Shown one piece after another: positions 1-10,322 of a stretch of DNA of 64,000 nt. Made by a program: the position numbers and the translations under genes. The notes below the pieces were generated by a model. That model was given only the letters and a program-made list of their open reading frames with translations, was not told where the DNA came from and searched no databases. The DNA comes from Pelagomonas calceolata (lineage: Eukaryota): contig CAKKNE010000002.1 of NCBI GenBank assembly GCA_918797485.1, forward strand, positions 4,340,001 to 4,404,000, read 5' to 3'. Positions within the stretch are counted from its first letter, which is position 1; the number at the start of each line of letters is the position of its first letter.

Positions 1-1549
1 ACCAATCGACACAAGCCCCCTGGCAGAAGGGTAATACGGTGACCCGAATGGCCTCTCCATTTATTTTCTGGGTCTGCTCGTAGGGCAATTGGGCGTGCGG
101 CCGGCAGCCGAGGTCCGCGAAGACGCACGTCGCGCGCGACTCGTCGGTCGGCACGATCAAAGGCTTGGGCGGCTCGGGCGACGGCAATCTTCGACGACTT
201 TGAGCCTGGGCCTCGGCGTGGACCTGGGCGGCCTTCGCCGGGTCCTCCTCCAGTAAACAGATTTTCCCGCCCTGCGCATTGGCCTCGCCCACATTCAGGA
301 CTAAAATCGGCGCCACTCCTTTCACGTCGCAGTGCGCCGGTGTGGTGGTCTTCGCGTCGACTTCGGGGGATGAGCGAGAGACCACAGCGACGTGCACCAA
401 GCACGTGGACCAGCCCGTGCTCTTCATTCTATAGGCTTTATCTAAGACCGCGTCCGTCCGCGAGTCGGGTCGGAACCGATCCGCGTCCGGTTTCGGTACG
501 ATGGTCGAGGCCGCAACGTGCAGGTCCCACATGGCCTCGAGCAAAGGAGCTAAAAAAGTATGCTCGAGCTCCTGCACATCGTCTGAATCCGTGTCGAGTA
601 ATCTACGCGGCTGCACCAACGCGCCGTCGGGGCACGTGCCTTGGGACGGGCCGGCCCAGCCTAATGCTACCCTTCCATCGACGCCGTGCGCGTCCACGAC
701 CGCTCGCGCGCACTCTGCGAACCTTCGCGCGAAGGTCCGATCACCTCCGCGACTCAACCTTTTAGCTCGTGACGGCGCTCGTTCCGCCAACAAGTCATCC
801 AACGCTCGCGAAGCCGTCGCGACGGGCTTGTCCGACTTCGCCGTATCATTGATGTCCACGACTAGAGCTCGGCCGACCCTCCAAGCGTCCGCAACCCCGT
901 CGGCATCGTATTGTGGAGGCGCCTCGGCGCTTGCGAGTCTAGAGTCGTCCTTCCTTAAAACAGTACCAGTCAAGGCCGCGCCGCCTTCGTTGGACTTCTT
1001 GGCCAGTGGCGAGGGCGGCTCGTTCTTCCGCCGCTTCGGCGCCTTGGAATCCGGGATTTTTGAATCAGCCACGCGCTTGGGCGAGGGCGGCTTCTGGGGC
1101 GGTGCGGGCGCCGGCGGCGGCGGCGCGTGGACTAGAATAGGTACGCCGGGCTGGCCGGCCTGGCCGGGCGCGAGGTGCCAGAAGGGCGCCTGGCCCTGCA
1201 TGTGCGGCGGCAGGGCCACCATGCCCTGCGGCGGCCAGGGGATGACGCCGGGCTGGCCCGGCACGCCGGGAGACATGGGCCACGGCTGAAAACCGGGCGG
1301 GAGCGGCGGCGGCGGCGCGGGCGCTTCGCTGATGGGCACGCCGTGCCGGCCCGGTGCTTGGGCGAGCATGTAGGGCGCTCGTTCCGCTTCGGCCTTCCGG
1401 CGCCATCCATCGGCTCTATGGCATCTCTCGCTACAGTACGCCGCGCCGACGAGACCAGCTCGTCGCTGGATCCGAAGACCACACGTCCCGCACGGCACGA
1501 TCTGCGCCGTGTTCGGGTCGTACAACATCATGACCGGCGGGCCGGCCAT
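1..1549 (-). CDS. Hypothetical protein, partial (runs off the left edge); N-terminal CxxC...YCSERC putative Zn-binding motif, then a Pro-rich region
   Basis: Read manually: ATG at 1549 gives MAGPPVMMLYDPNTAQIVPCGTCGLRIQRRAGLVGAAYCSERCH..., and the frame stays open to base 2. It is absent from the ORF track because there is no stop in the window. Confidence 0.7.
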   Translation of the reverse strand, partial: MAGPPVMMLYDPNTAQIVPCGTCGLRIQRRAGLVGAAYCSERCHRADGWRRKAEAERAPYMLAQAPGRHGVPISEAPAPPPPLPPGFQPWPMSPGVPGQPGVIPWPPQGMVALPPHMQGQAPFWHLAPGQAGQPGVPILVHAPPPPAPAPPQKPPSPKRVADSKIPDSKAPKRRKNEPPSPLAKKSNEGGAALTGTVLRKDDSRLASAEAPPQYDADGVADAWRVGRALVVDINDTAKSDKPVATASRALDDLLAERAPSRAKRLSRGGDRTFARRFAECARAVVDAHGVDGRVALGWAGPSQGTCPDGALVQPRRLLDTDSDDVQELEHTFLAPLLEAMWDLHVAASTIVPKPDADRFRPDSRTDAVLDKAYRMKSTGWSTCLVHVAVVSRSSPEVDAKTTTPAHCDVKGVAPILVLNVGEANAQGGKICLLEEDPAKAAQVHAEAQAQSRRRLPSPEPPKPLIVPTDESRATCVFADLGCRPHAQLPYEQTQKINGEAIRVTVLPFCQGACVDW

Positions 1550-2193
1550 GTTACTACCGGGGTAGGGCAGGAGGTTGGGTGGGGGCTGGGCCATTTTTTT
1601 TTGGGGCGCCGCGCGCCCGGGGCGGCGCGTGCGCGGTCGTGGAGGTGCCTTTTGTGTCCTGCGAGCGTTTTTTGGCCCTGGGGTAGCGTCGCGCGGGCGC
1701 TCAGCGCGTTAATCCTCTGCCAGACGCTGTGCCGTCTTCGCGGCCGCTGCGGCACGCCCGCGCGCGCGCTGCCCTTTGGGATGCCGTGGGGCGGCGCGCG
1801 AGGTCTCGTTGGGGGGCTGGACGCCTTCCTTCTCCGTAATCGGATTGGTGTGCCTTTGGTTGTGTGAGGCCTCCTCTGCATGCGCGTGGCCGAGTACACG
1901 CGTGGTTGGCGTGCCTTGAACAGAGTGCTGTGAGTCAACTGGGGCTGCCCTGGGCGCGTGGGGCGGTTTCTAGATTTTGGCCTATGACATGACCTCAGCC
2001 TGATAAAGCTTCCAGCCGCAATCTCCGCACTGGCGGAGTGTCTGCAAGTGGGACAGCGACAGAGACACGCTATCTCATCGCTTACTGCCGCGCTGCAAGA
2101 AGTGAAGCCAACCTTGCCCTCCCAGAGAAGTTTGCTGCATCCTAAGTGGTGGCCTCAAAAACAGCTAAGACACTGCGAACGCCACAAATTACG

Positions 2194-2796
2194 ATGTCGC
2201 GCACCCTGTTATTGATCGCAAGCCTCGCCACGAGCGACGCCTTCGTCGCGCCGCTGCAGCGGGTCGAAACACCGCTTGCCGTCTCCGCCGTGAAGCTCGA
2301 CGCCGCCGCCGTCGAGGGCGAAGAGAGCCGCCCGAAGACGCCGCCGCTCGGGGCGAATCTCGTGCTGCCGGGCGACGACGACCTCACTTATGGGACGACG
2401 ATCGTGTCCTGTGCCCTCGCGTCGTTCCTCATGCTTACGGCGGCACTACCGTCTGACTGGCAGGCCCCGCCGGCGAACTCGCGGGAGGCGCGAGCTGTCA
2501 AGGTCGAGGCGCTCCTGAGGCAGAACAAGAAGCTCGCGAAGAAGGACGGCCGCGTCGTCGAGGTCGCGGGCGAGTTGTCCGCGTTTGACAAGGCCGAGGC
2601 CTTCATTCTTCCCGCGGCCGCGTTGTTCATCGTCGCGCCGGTGCTCGTGCAGGGGAGAAACTTGAAACAGATCTACGATTACTCGAGGACCGAGGACATC
2701 CTGAAGGACTCGCGCGACGCCGGGCGCGCGTCGAGCGCCGCGGCGAGCCGGAGCCTCGGGACGTCGATGCGCAAGTGGCTGGGCTTCGACAACTAA
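2194..2796 (+). CDS. Hypothetical, probably plastid-targeted membrane protein
   Basis: MSRTLLLIASLATSDAFVAP: signal peptide plus ASAFAP-like cleavage motif; two hydrophobic segments. Confidence 0.65.
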   Translation: MSRTLLLIASLATSDAFVAPLQRVETPLAVSAVKLDAAAVEGEESRPKTPPLGANLVLPGDDDLTYGTTIVSCALASFLMLTAALPSDWQAPPANSREARAVKVEALLRQNKKLAKKDGRVVEVAGELSAFDKAEAFILPAAALFIVAPVLVQGRNLKQIYDYSRTEDILKDSRDAGRASSAAASRSLGTSMRKWLGFDN

Positions 2797-2908
2797 GCGC
2801 CGCCGTGCCGCGCCCGTGTTGTGGGGCGCGCCGTCGGCGGCGACGAGCGGGGGACAGCCCAAGGCGTGTCCCCCCCAACCTAACTAAAGTTGTGTCCATA
2901 ATCATGAA

Positions 2909-4537
2909 TTATAGGTCCTCGGCGGCCAGATCCCCTTCATCAGCGTAGGATGAGTCGTCGGACGCGTCCATCTTGCCCTGGACGCGCGGCGGCGGGTCCC
3001 GCGGCGACTCGGGCGACTCCGGCGGCGGCGGCGGCTTCACTTTCTTCGTCGACTCGCGCGGCGTCTTCTGCATCTCCTTTCGCATTCTGTCTAAATGTCT
3101 CGACGACGACCGCTCGCGCGCCTCCTGCGGAGTTAAAGACGACGATCTGGAAGAAGACCGCCGCTGCGGCGCCTCGATGTCGACCTGGTGCGCCGCGGCG
3201 ATCTCCCTGAGTAATTCAAGGTCCTCCTCTTTCGCTTCGTCTGGTTGTTGTTTCTTTGGTTGCTGCGGCGGTGATGGATCCGCAAGCCAGCCATTTCTAA
3301 CAGCTTTCAACACCAAATACTCGACGTCCAACTCCAGAGCAGCTTCTAAAGCATAATCGGGAGGCAGGTGCTTCGACCGTCGTAGATGCGTCGCGTACCT
3401 CTGCCGACACGCCGACACCTTGTGGAACCGCGCGACTTCCTGTCGATCGATCGTGTCGTTGCCGTCGCCCACGACGTCGTCAAACGCATGCCTCAGCACC
3501 TCCAATGAATCACAGTCCAACCGCCCTTGCCGCACAAACTCCAACACGACAAATTCCCCGAACGTAACACGCTCCGTATCACCTAGGAGCTTCCTGACAC
3601 GCATCGGACTCGTCTCGTGCATGAACGCGTTGGCCATCTTGGCTCGTTCGTAGGCTTCTCTATGAACAAGATTGTCCGTCACCATCAGTAATGCGGCGCC
3701 AAACAACACCGTGCCCACAGCTTGATAGAACGCGACAAATACCGCAGTCCTACTATCAGCTCCATCTTTGAGACCAGTCATCGGCGCCGCCTCCAACCCG
3801 GCCGTCGTGATGGCTCCGACCGTAAACCTCAGTGCTCGGCAGAAGCCCCACCCCGGAACCACCATACTCCACCCTAAGCCGAGGCCGAACCACAGCACCA
3901 ATAAAACGGCGGCGGCCGTCCCGGCGCCCGGTTTGAAACCTTGGGCGCCTTTCCCGTCGATATCTGAACTATCGTCCAGCCCTTGCCTTCGTGAGACGAC
4001 GCCAACAATATCTAAGGCGCGTCGCCTCGCCTTTTTGTCCAACACATCGAGCTCGGCGAACTTGCCTCGAATATAGAGTTGGAGCGCGCCTACTATAAAG
4101 AATGTGCCAACCACATTCATAGCAGTCGAGATGAGCATGGAGGAATCCCTCGACTCCGGGGCGGCGCCGGAGCCAAAGAGAAACCCCACATCAACCGCAA
4201 AGTAGAGTGATTGCGCGAAGTTCCAGCCGTTCGTCGTCGCGTACAAGATCGAACCGACCATGATCCACACGATGATGCCAAGCAGCAGGATGATCCAGCC
4301 TCGCAGCCGCTGCACGGGCGGCCTTCTCTTGCCCCCGGCCTCGACGCCATCCGACGTCAATTCATATTTCGCCAGCAGCTCGTAGGGGTCGAAGGCGTCT
4401 CTCCTATGGTGGCGCCAGGAGCCCGGCGACAGGTCCGCCTGTAACGAGCGGCGCTTGAGCGCGGCGCCTGGCGTGTTGCCGGGCGACTCGCTCGCGCCGC
4501 TGGTCGCGCTGCGCGTGCTGCTGGGGAAGTGGAACAT
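2909..4537 (-). CDS. Two-pore-domain (TPK/K2P-like) ion channel with EF-hand-like motif
   Basis: 4 TM and 2 pore-helix segments (WNFAQSLYFAVDVGFLFGSG; WGFCRALRFTVGAITTAGLE), then DVVGDGNDTIDRQE EF-hand-like loop. First plausible ATG (MFHFPSS) at 4537. Confidence 0.7.
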   Translation of the reverse strand: MFHFPSSTRSATSGASESPGNTPGAALKRRSLQADLSPGSWRHHRRDAFDPYELLAKYELTSDGVEAGGKRRPPVQRLRGWIILLLGIIVWIMVGSILYATTNGWNFAQSLYFAVDVGFLFGSGAAPESRDSSMLISTAMNVVGTFFIVGALQLYIRGKFAELDVLDKKARRRALDIVGVVSRRQGLDDSSDIDGKGAQGFKPGAGTAAAVLLVLWFGLGLGWSMVVPGWGFCRALRFTVGAITTAGLEAAPMTGLKDGADSRTAVFVAFYQAVGTVLFGAALLMVTDNLVHREAYERAKMANAFMHETSPMRVRKLLGDTERVTFGEFVVLEFVRQGRLDCDSLEVLRHAFDDVVGDGNDTIDRQEVARFHKVSACRQRYATHLRRSKHLPPDYALEAALELDVEYLVLKAVRNGWLADPSPPQQPKKQQPDEAKEEDLELLREIAAAHQVDIEAPQRRSSSRSSSLTPQEARERSSSRHLDRMRKEMQKTPRESTKKVKPPPPPESPESPRDPPPRVQGKMDASDDSSYADEGDLAAEDL

Positions 4538-4803
4538 GGCTTTGGGACGCGTCGGCGGCGTGGGGGCAGCCCTTGGCTTGCGCGCGGCAGCCTTTTGGCA
4601 GCGCCGGCGCTCCACAACAGTGTCGTGCGGGGCGCGCTGGATGGGACCGGTTTTAGACGGTGCGGGATTTCTCCGGAGCCGTGTCGAAGCATGATAGGAA
4701 ATCCACAGACCAGTCACGAAAACCCGTGAAATTTGCTTTTGGCAGAGTTTGGCTCTGAGAGCTGGCATCGCGCGGGGCAGCCCGGAGACACTGCAGATCA
4801 CAA

Positions 4804-5613
4804 ATGCCGCCCAAGAAAAAGGCCAGGAAGCGGCCGCGCGAGGAGGAGAAGACGGAGAGCGCTCTGGCCTCGTCGGTGCTAAGCGCCGTGACCTGCCCGA
4901 TCTCGCACAGCCTCGCGGTGCAGCCGGTGCTCGCCGAAGACGGCCAGTGCTACGAACGCGAAGAGATACGCAAATGGCTGGAAAAGAAAAATACGTCTCC
5001 GGTCACCAACGAGCGCATGGGGACTAGACTTGTCGACCACGTCGCGGGCCGGAATCTGGCCTCGTCCTTGATCGCGAGCGGCGCCGTAGATGCCGAGGCG
5101 GCAAGTGCGTGGCACCTTGCATCGGCGCGCCTCAAGATAGTCGGAAAGCTACCCGGCGGCTTAGATTCGGCTAAGGAGCATCTCCTGGCGGCGAGGCCGC
5201 CTCCCGAGCACACGGCGACAGATCAGTCGCCCGCGTGCGAGACGCTCCTAGAGGCGTGCGAACTCCGCGAACGCATGACGGCCGTTGTCAAGCGGGGCAA
5301 CGAGCTAGACGTTGGCATCGAGGTCGAGCGGCTGCTCGCGAGTACTCTCACTCATACATTCAATGGAATAACTGGTAAGCAAATGACCGAGTTCCGCGAC
5401 GATTTGGTGCCGGGACAATCCATGGTTCGCGTCATTGACGACGAGGACAAGCTTGAAATACTCCACAAGCGGGCAAATTTGACTTGGTTTCAAGAAAAGT
5501 CGGAGGTCTGCGGCGAAGCTATGACTGTCGAGAGGTTGCTTCCCAGCAGATCTGGCTACATACTTGGCGGGTGGATTATTCCCTATCGCGCGTGCATCCT
5601 CGTCAAGCTGTGA
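4804..5613 (+). CDS. U-box domain protein (putative E3 ligase), possible C-terminal Mind-bomb SH3-like repeat
   Basis: VTCPISHSLAVQPVLAEDGQCYEREEIRKWL...SPVTNERM is a U-box; C-terminal VRVIDDEDKLEILH...W...CG. Confidence 0.8.
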   Translation: MPPKKKARKRPREEEKTESALASSVLSAVTCPISHSLAVQPVLAEDGQCYEREEIRKWLEKKNTSPVTNERMGTRLVDHVAGRNLASSLIASGAVDAEAASAWHLASARLKIVGKLPGGLDSAKEHLLAARPPPEHTATDQSPACETLLEACELRERMTAVVKRGNELDVGIEVERLLASTLTHTFNGITGKQMTEFRDDLVPGQSMVRVIDDEDKLEILHKRANLTWFQEKSEVCGEAMTVERLLPSRSGYILGGWIIPYRACILVKL

Positions 5614-5665
5614 TATAGCTGCCTAAGCTTACTAGTGCGCATACTCGTTACACGACTAAGGGGGA

Positions 5666-8200
5666 TCAAGCCCGCCCCGCCACCACCGCCGTCACGTAGC
5701 GGTCGAACACCTGGGGCGCCTGCTCGCGCTCCCTTGCTAAGGCCCCGGCCTGGCGCTCGAGCAGGTTAAAGTGCTCCTCTTTCAGGGTGGACGCGATGGC
5801 CTTTTCGTGACACCGCGTCCAGATGCCGTCCAATATAGTACCAGCTCGATAGATCGGCGACCGCGGCTCATTGTACAAAGCGCAGGCATGCCAGACCGCA
5901 CGTATATCAGACACCGCCCTCGCCGCGCCCGTGGACCCGGCATAAGCTCCAGACTTCAATCTCTTCTCAATGGTCCCCAGGTCCATGGGTCTCGCGACGA
6001 CGTGCTCGTATCCAGCTAAATTACGGGAGGGCACTGGTTCAGCAAAATATTTGCGGAACGCATGGGTCCTTACTGAATCCAGGAACAGCGCCACGCGCAC
6101 CTCCGCGCAGGCCGCGTCGTCTTTATCACGAGACAAAGCTCGACAAGCAGCCCGAGCCGCCTTGTAGCGGTCATCGGTCAAATCAGGCGAGAAGTAGCGC
6201 CCCCAGTCGAAGTCGCATTCCCCACACCGCCAGTTCTTCTCCTCCTCGCCGTCTATTATTATTTGGGACGCCGCACCTTTCGTGCAACACGCGGCGTGCC
6301 AGACCCGAGGACAGTAGTCGCAACACAACAAGTCGCCGCCCTGGCCGCACGCTTCACAGGTATCAAACGACGCCGCGTCAAAAGGACACACCTTGATCTT
6401 ACCACTTTTTATCGCTTCGTCCGAGGCCGCTCGAGCCGCCGCCAGCGCAGCCGCCTGGCCGCCCGTCGGATCGTCATCATCGTCATCAGAGCTATCACTA
6501 TCAGAAGCTAGACACGCCATATCTTCATCATCCGAAGAGTCGTCCCGCCTCTCATGACGGAAGTGGTCCGCCGCCGCCTTCATGTTATCAGGTACATTTT
6601 CTTCGGACGAAGACGCCTTCGGGCCCGGCGTGTTGTGCGAGGCGATGTTTTTGAGAGCTTGCGGGACTCGCAAAGCGCTCTCCGGGATGGGCGCGCCTGG
6701 TAACGCGGAGGGGACGACGGGCGGGCCCGGCGGGGCGTTACCTTGCACAGGTGCAACGCCAACGTCGCGATCTTGAGGCGGGTTCGCGTGGCCTTGCGTC
6801 GGGAGCGGCGCGCCCGGCAATGCTGACGGCACGATCGGCGGCCCCGGCGGCGGTGGTGGTGGGGGCGCCAACGCAGCAGCGTAGGCCCTATGTGCGGCGA
6901 GCTGCCTCGCAATGTCCGCGGCTATCGCTTTCGTGCCGTTGTCGTCCAGTTCAAAACGTTGTTGCACATCTGCGGCGAAGGCTTCGGGCGTGGCGCACCT
7001 CGGCTCAGTAGTTTTCCAGGTCACGGTAGCTTCCGCGACGCGGCCGCCGCGTAGCGGTACCTTCACCAACACGCGAGGCTCGCCCGAGGCCGTCGGCCCG
7101 ACGTCCGGTGCTGGGACCACGGGCCCCGCCAGCGCGTCCGCCCGTCTCCCCACAAGCGGCTGAATCGGCCTCTGCCTTTGTTTGGGGGGCCGGCCCGGAC
7201 CGGCCGCGCCGCGACTCCCACCGGGAGCCGTTTTTCTAGGCCGCCCGCCCTTGTTTCCTCTATAATTGCCCGTGTCCTTGGCGTTGCCCACGAGGCCGAA
7301 GCCGACGCGGCCCGCCGTGTCCGGCAGCATGAGCTGCAAGTTCCTAATATGTCTCTCGGAGTCCGAAGAAGCGCGACTACCAGCATAATAGCCGCAGTGC
7401 GCCTTCAACGCATGACACACCTTCGACGGGTCTTTTTCGGCCACATTTCGTATGGTGTCCGACAGAATCTGTCTAGCCTCGCAGACCTCGCATCTTACGC
7501 TCAGCATGCCCTCGTCTCTGAAAACCACAAATTGTCTTCTTCGCACACCGTTCTTGTCATCAAACACGTTGCGTATGCCCGGACCCATCGTGCCGCCCGT
7601 CGTTGCTACTATCACATCTCTATCCACATGAGCCTGCAGCGACGCTACTTGGTCCAGCGGTTCTTTACATAATAATCGCTCTCCATCGGTCAATGGCTCC
7701 AAACCGGGCCCACCTAGCAATGCCGAGAGTTGGCCCGGCCTTTGCTTGCTTTCGTAACCTGAACAATACCTCACTAAGAGCCAAGAACCGGCCAACCGTT
7801 CGGTCACGATGCCGCGTTCGGCTTCGCCCTTCAGGCACACTTCTTGGCCGACGCGAATGGGCGGCTCCGTCGTCGTGCCGCGGTGGGCCCTTCTCACCTC
7901 GCCCGTCGGCGCCGGCCTGGCGCGCTTCGGGCGCCGCTCCTTCACGGTGAACGATCCATCACTATCATTCCCATCACCGCCGCCTCCGTCCAAAACCGCT
8001 TGCGTCGCTTTTCTCACGCGTTTCGAGGCCTCGCGGGATTCTCTCACAGCGTAAGCATCGTCCTCCTGGGCCGGCGACTCGTACTGCTGCTGTGGAGGCG
8101 GCACGTAGGGCGCCGGGATCTGGACGCGCACCCGTTCTTCTCCAGTACTTAACGTGTTGTCGGACTCCTGGATGACTTGGTCGTCGATTTCGTCCACCAT
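5666..8200 (-). CDS. PHD finger + bromodomain chromatin protein with AT-hook-like motifs and an SNF5-like repeat
   Basis: CEACGQGGDLLCCDYCPRVWHAAC...WRCGEC (PHD); FAEPV...YEHVVARPMDLGTIEKRL...YN (bromodomain); GGRPRK and GRPPK. Confidence 0.85.
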   Translation of the reverse strand: MVDEIDDQVIQESDNTLSTGEERVRVQIPAPYVPPPQQQYESPAQEDDAYAVRESREASKRVRKATQAVLDGGGGDGNDSDGSFTVKERRPKRARPAPTGEVRRAHRGTTTEPPIRVGQEVCLKGEAERGIVTERLAGSWLLVRYCSGYESKQRPGQLSALLGGPGLEPLTDGERLLCKEPLDQVASLQAHVDRDVIVATTGGTMGPGIRNVFDDKNGVRRRQFVVFRDEGMLSVRCEVCEARQILSDTIRNVAEKDPSKVCHALKAHCGYYAGSRASSDSERHIRNLQLMLPDTAGRVGFGLVGNAKDTGNYRGNKGGRPRKTAPGGSRGAAGPGRPPKQRQRPIQPLVGRRADALAGPVVPAPDVGPTASGEPRVLVKVPLRGGRVAEATVTWKTTEPRCATPEAFAADVQQRFELDDNGTKAIAADIARQLAAHRAYAAALAPPPPPPPGPPIVPSALPGAPLPTQGHANPPQDRDVGVAPVQGNAPPGPPVVPSALPGAPIPESALRVPQALKNIASHNTPGPKASSSEENVPDNMKAAADHFRHERRDDSSDDEDMACLASDSDSSDDDDDDPTGGQAAALAAARAASDEAIKSGKIKVCPFDAASFDTCEACGQGGDLLCCDYCPRVWHAACCTKGAASQIIIDGEEEKNWRCGECDFDWGRYFSPDLTDDRYKAARAACRALSRDKDDAACAEVRVALFLDSVRTHAFRKYFAEPVPSRNLAGYEHVVARPMDLGTIEKRLKSGAYAGSTGAARAVSDIRAVWHACALYNEPRSPIYRAGTILDGIWTRCHEKAIASTLKEEHFNLLERQAGALAREREQAPQVFDRYVTAVVAGRA

Positions 8201-8659
8201 CGTGGCTTGGCTCGTATCTCGGCGCCGCGCTGGTCTAGGACCGCTGCGCTGGCGGCGCGTGTGGTTTTGGGCGCTTACTGGTGCCCGCGCGGCCGTGCCG
8301 CGTCTCTACGCGTCAGGAACACGCCTTGGCTCTTTGGTCAATGTTTTTGCAGCGCGCACGCAGTAAAACTCGACGCCAGTCGGACTGGAGCTTGCTGGTA
8401 TGCCAGGGAGTGCCGCGGGCCGCACAAATCGATTTCTGCTGGCGAAGCGGCTGAGCAATCGAGCTATTCGGGCCGGAGAGGCAGCTTTTTGAGCCCGGCC
8501 TCGCACGCGCGAATCGGAGGTTTCGGGGCCGCCCCGGCATCAGTCCGACGTCCTAGGACGGGATACGGGCCCTTTTCGGCCGGTCGGCATCAAGAAGCCG
8601 CAGTCCGCGCGCCCCGATGCACAAAGCCCCCATGACGCCATCGAGCAAAACAACCCACA

Positions 8660-9580
8660 TTACGCGAGCACGTCACACACGGGGTGGACCGTCGGCGTCA
8701 CCTCGCGCAGCATCTTCAACACGCACGGGTTATGGTACCGCCCTTCGAGCGCGGCCTCGAGCTCGTTGAAATTAAACACGACGTCGCGCAAGTCATCAGA
8801 AGTCGTCTTCTTGCCCGGAGCGCGAGCTAAGACTTTTGAATCCATGCGCGGCATGACCAACAATCGTCTAATAGAATCCATGACGTCGGCCGTGTCGGTC
8901 TGGAGCCGCTCGTAGTAGACCACAAGCCACTCCGCATGAACTTTGCTTCGGATCCCGAGCAGGTCATTATTGCGCCGGATCGCGTCGTTGACGCTCTTCA
9001 CGAACAAAGGCAAAGACCAGTTGCCCCGGTGAGGTGTTCGATGTCGCAACAATTGCCGATGGACCCCAGCTATTCTGAGAGCGGTCTTGTCGCCGTTGAC
9101 CGCTCTCGATAATTTGACGACGTTCGTCCGCAGGAAGAGGATCGGTTTCGCGCGCGTTTTTGTTATAACACCTTGCAGCGTACTGGCGATGCCCGGCCTT
9201 AGCCTTCTTCGATTTCCCAACAGCGGAGAGAATGAAAACCCGATGGCGTTCAGTTGGCACGTGGCGCGGTTCTTCCAGCACCTTTGGACGGCGGGGTCGC
9301 CCGACGACTTCGACCACGCGGGCGAACTACCGCGGCCCGACGGCGCCCGGAGCGCTTGGACGAAGATGGCCTCGAGCTTCTTGGCGTCGAAGTTGGCCGA
9401 GGCTCCCACCAGCTCGTCGAAGAAGTAGGTTAGAGGTAGGTTCAGGAGCAGCGCCGAGAGCCACGTCGAGCCGGAGTGCCCCCGCTTCAGGACGAAGAAG
9501 GCCTGCTTCGCGGCGGGGCGCGTGAGGCGCGTCGTGGCGCTTGTTGTCGTGGCGAGGGCGAGGAGCAGCCAGCGTGCCAT
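8660..9580 (-). CDS. Secretory-pathway sulfotransferase-like protein (P-loop sulfotransferase fold)
   Basis: Signal peptide; KRGHSGSTWL (5'-PSB-like loop), LFLRTN, VYYERL, and C-terminal DDLRDVVFNFNEL typical of Stf0/NodH-like sulfotransferases. Confidence 0.65.
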   Translation of the reverse strand: MARWLLLALATTTSATTRLTRPAAKQAFFVLKRGHSGSTWLSALLLNLPLTYFFDELVGASANFDAKKLEAIFVQALRAPSGRGSSPAWSKSSGDPAVQRCWKNRATCQLNAIGFSFSPLLGNRRRLRPGIASTLQGVITKTRAKPILFLRTNVVKLSRAVNGDKTALRIAGVHRQLLRHRTPHRGNWSLPLFVKSVNDAIRRNNDLLGIRSKVHAEWLVVYYERLQTDTADVMDSIRRLLVMPRMDSKVLARAPGKKTTSDDLRDVVFNFNELEAALEGRYHNPCVLKMLREVTPTVHPVCDVLA

Positions 9581-9758
9581 CCTGGGGCAGCCTCCTTTAT
9601 GGTGCTTCCACTGAGGTGCTCAGCCGACGCCGCATCGATGGCGCGCGGGGGCGGCACTTTGCGTTCTTAAATCAGTCGGCGCGCGCCATCGCAAGTCAAT
9701 TGTAGCCCGCCGGTCTCCGCCCTGCTCATCTCTGCTCTGCCAAAGCTCGAGAGGCGGG

Positions 9759-10022
9759 GTGCCAGCAAACCACAGGGATGCGTAACGGGCGAGCGAGCAG
9801 GTATCGGGGCGTCCCTTTCACGACTCAAGTGGGCAGGAGATTCGCGTCCATGCTAGTAGGATAATACTAGTAACATCATAAATAAAATAAATATATTATA
9901 AGATACATACAGTATAATCATGAGTGCCAGCAAAACCCCAGGGATGTGTGACGGGCGAGCGAGGAGGTACTGTGGCGTCCCTTCACGACACAAGTGGGCA
10001 TGGAGATTTCGCGTCCACGCTA
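9759..10022. repeat. Imperfect ~98-bp direct repeat (9759-9855, 9924-10022) around an AT-rich spacer
   Basis: Both copies read GTGCCAGCAAA..AGGGATG.GT.ACGGGCGAGCGAG.AGGTA...GGCGTCCCTT.CACGAC.CAAGTGGGCA.GGAGATT.CGCGTCCA.GCTA. Confidence 0.85.
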
Positions 10023-10322
10023 AGCTAACTACTGGTGGCTATCGCACTAGAGCACACTCTGGGAGCCCGATGGCCGTAACTCAGCGATTGCCGAGCCGAT
10101 TTCCTCGCTGACTGCGGCACTGGGCAGCCCACGCGTATCCCTTTCGTCGCCCTACGGGCAGCATCGGGCGCCGATGCGCTCAAGCAGCCCTATGTAGGAT
10201 TATATCCACAGTAGAATCCTACTAGAACTATCATTCATGACCTATTGTTATATCTCAGTTCTGATCCTTGCCGACAAGCAAGCACCACGTCCACAGAGCC
10301 GAGTACATTATAAGCAAGCGCG

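Noticed and set aside
501..1867. Plus-strand ORFs 501-1289 and 1175-1867
   Set aside because: Antisense shadows of the open minus-strand frame starting at 1549.
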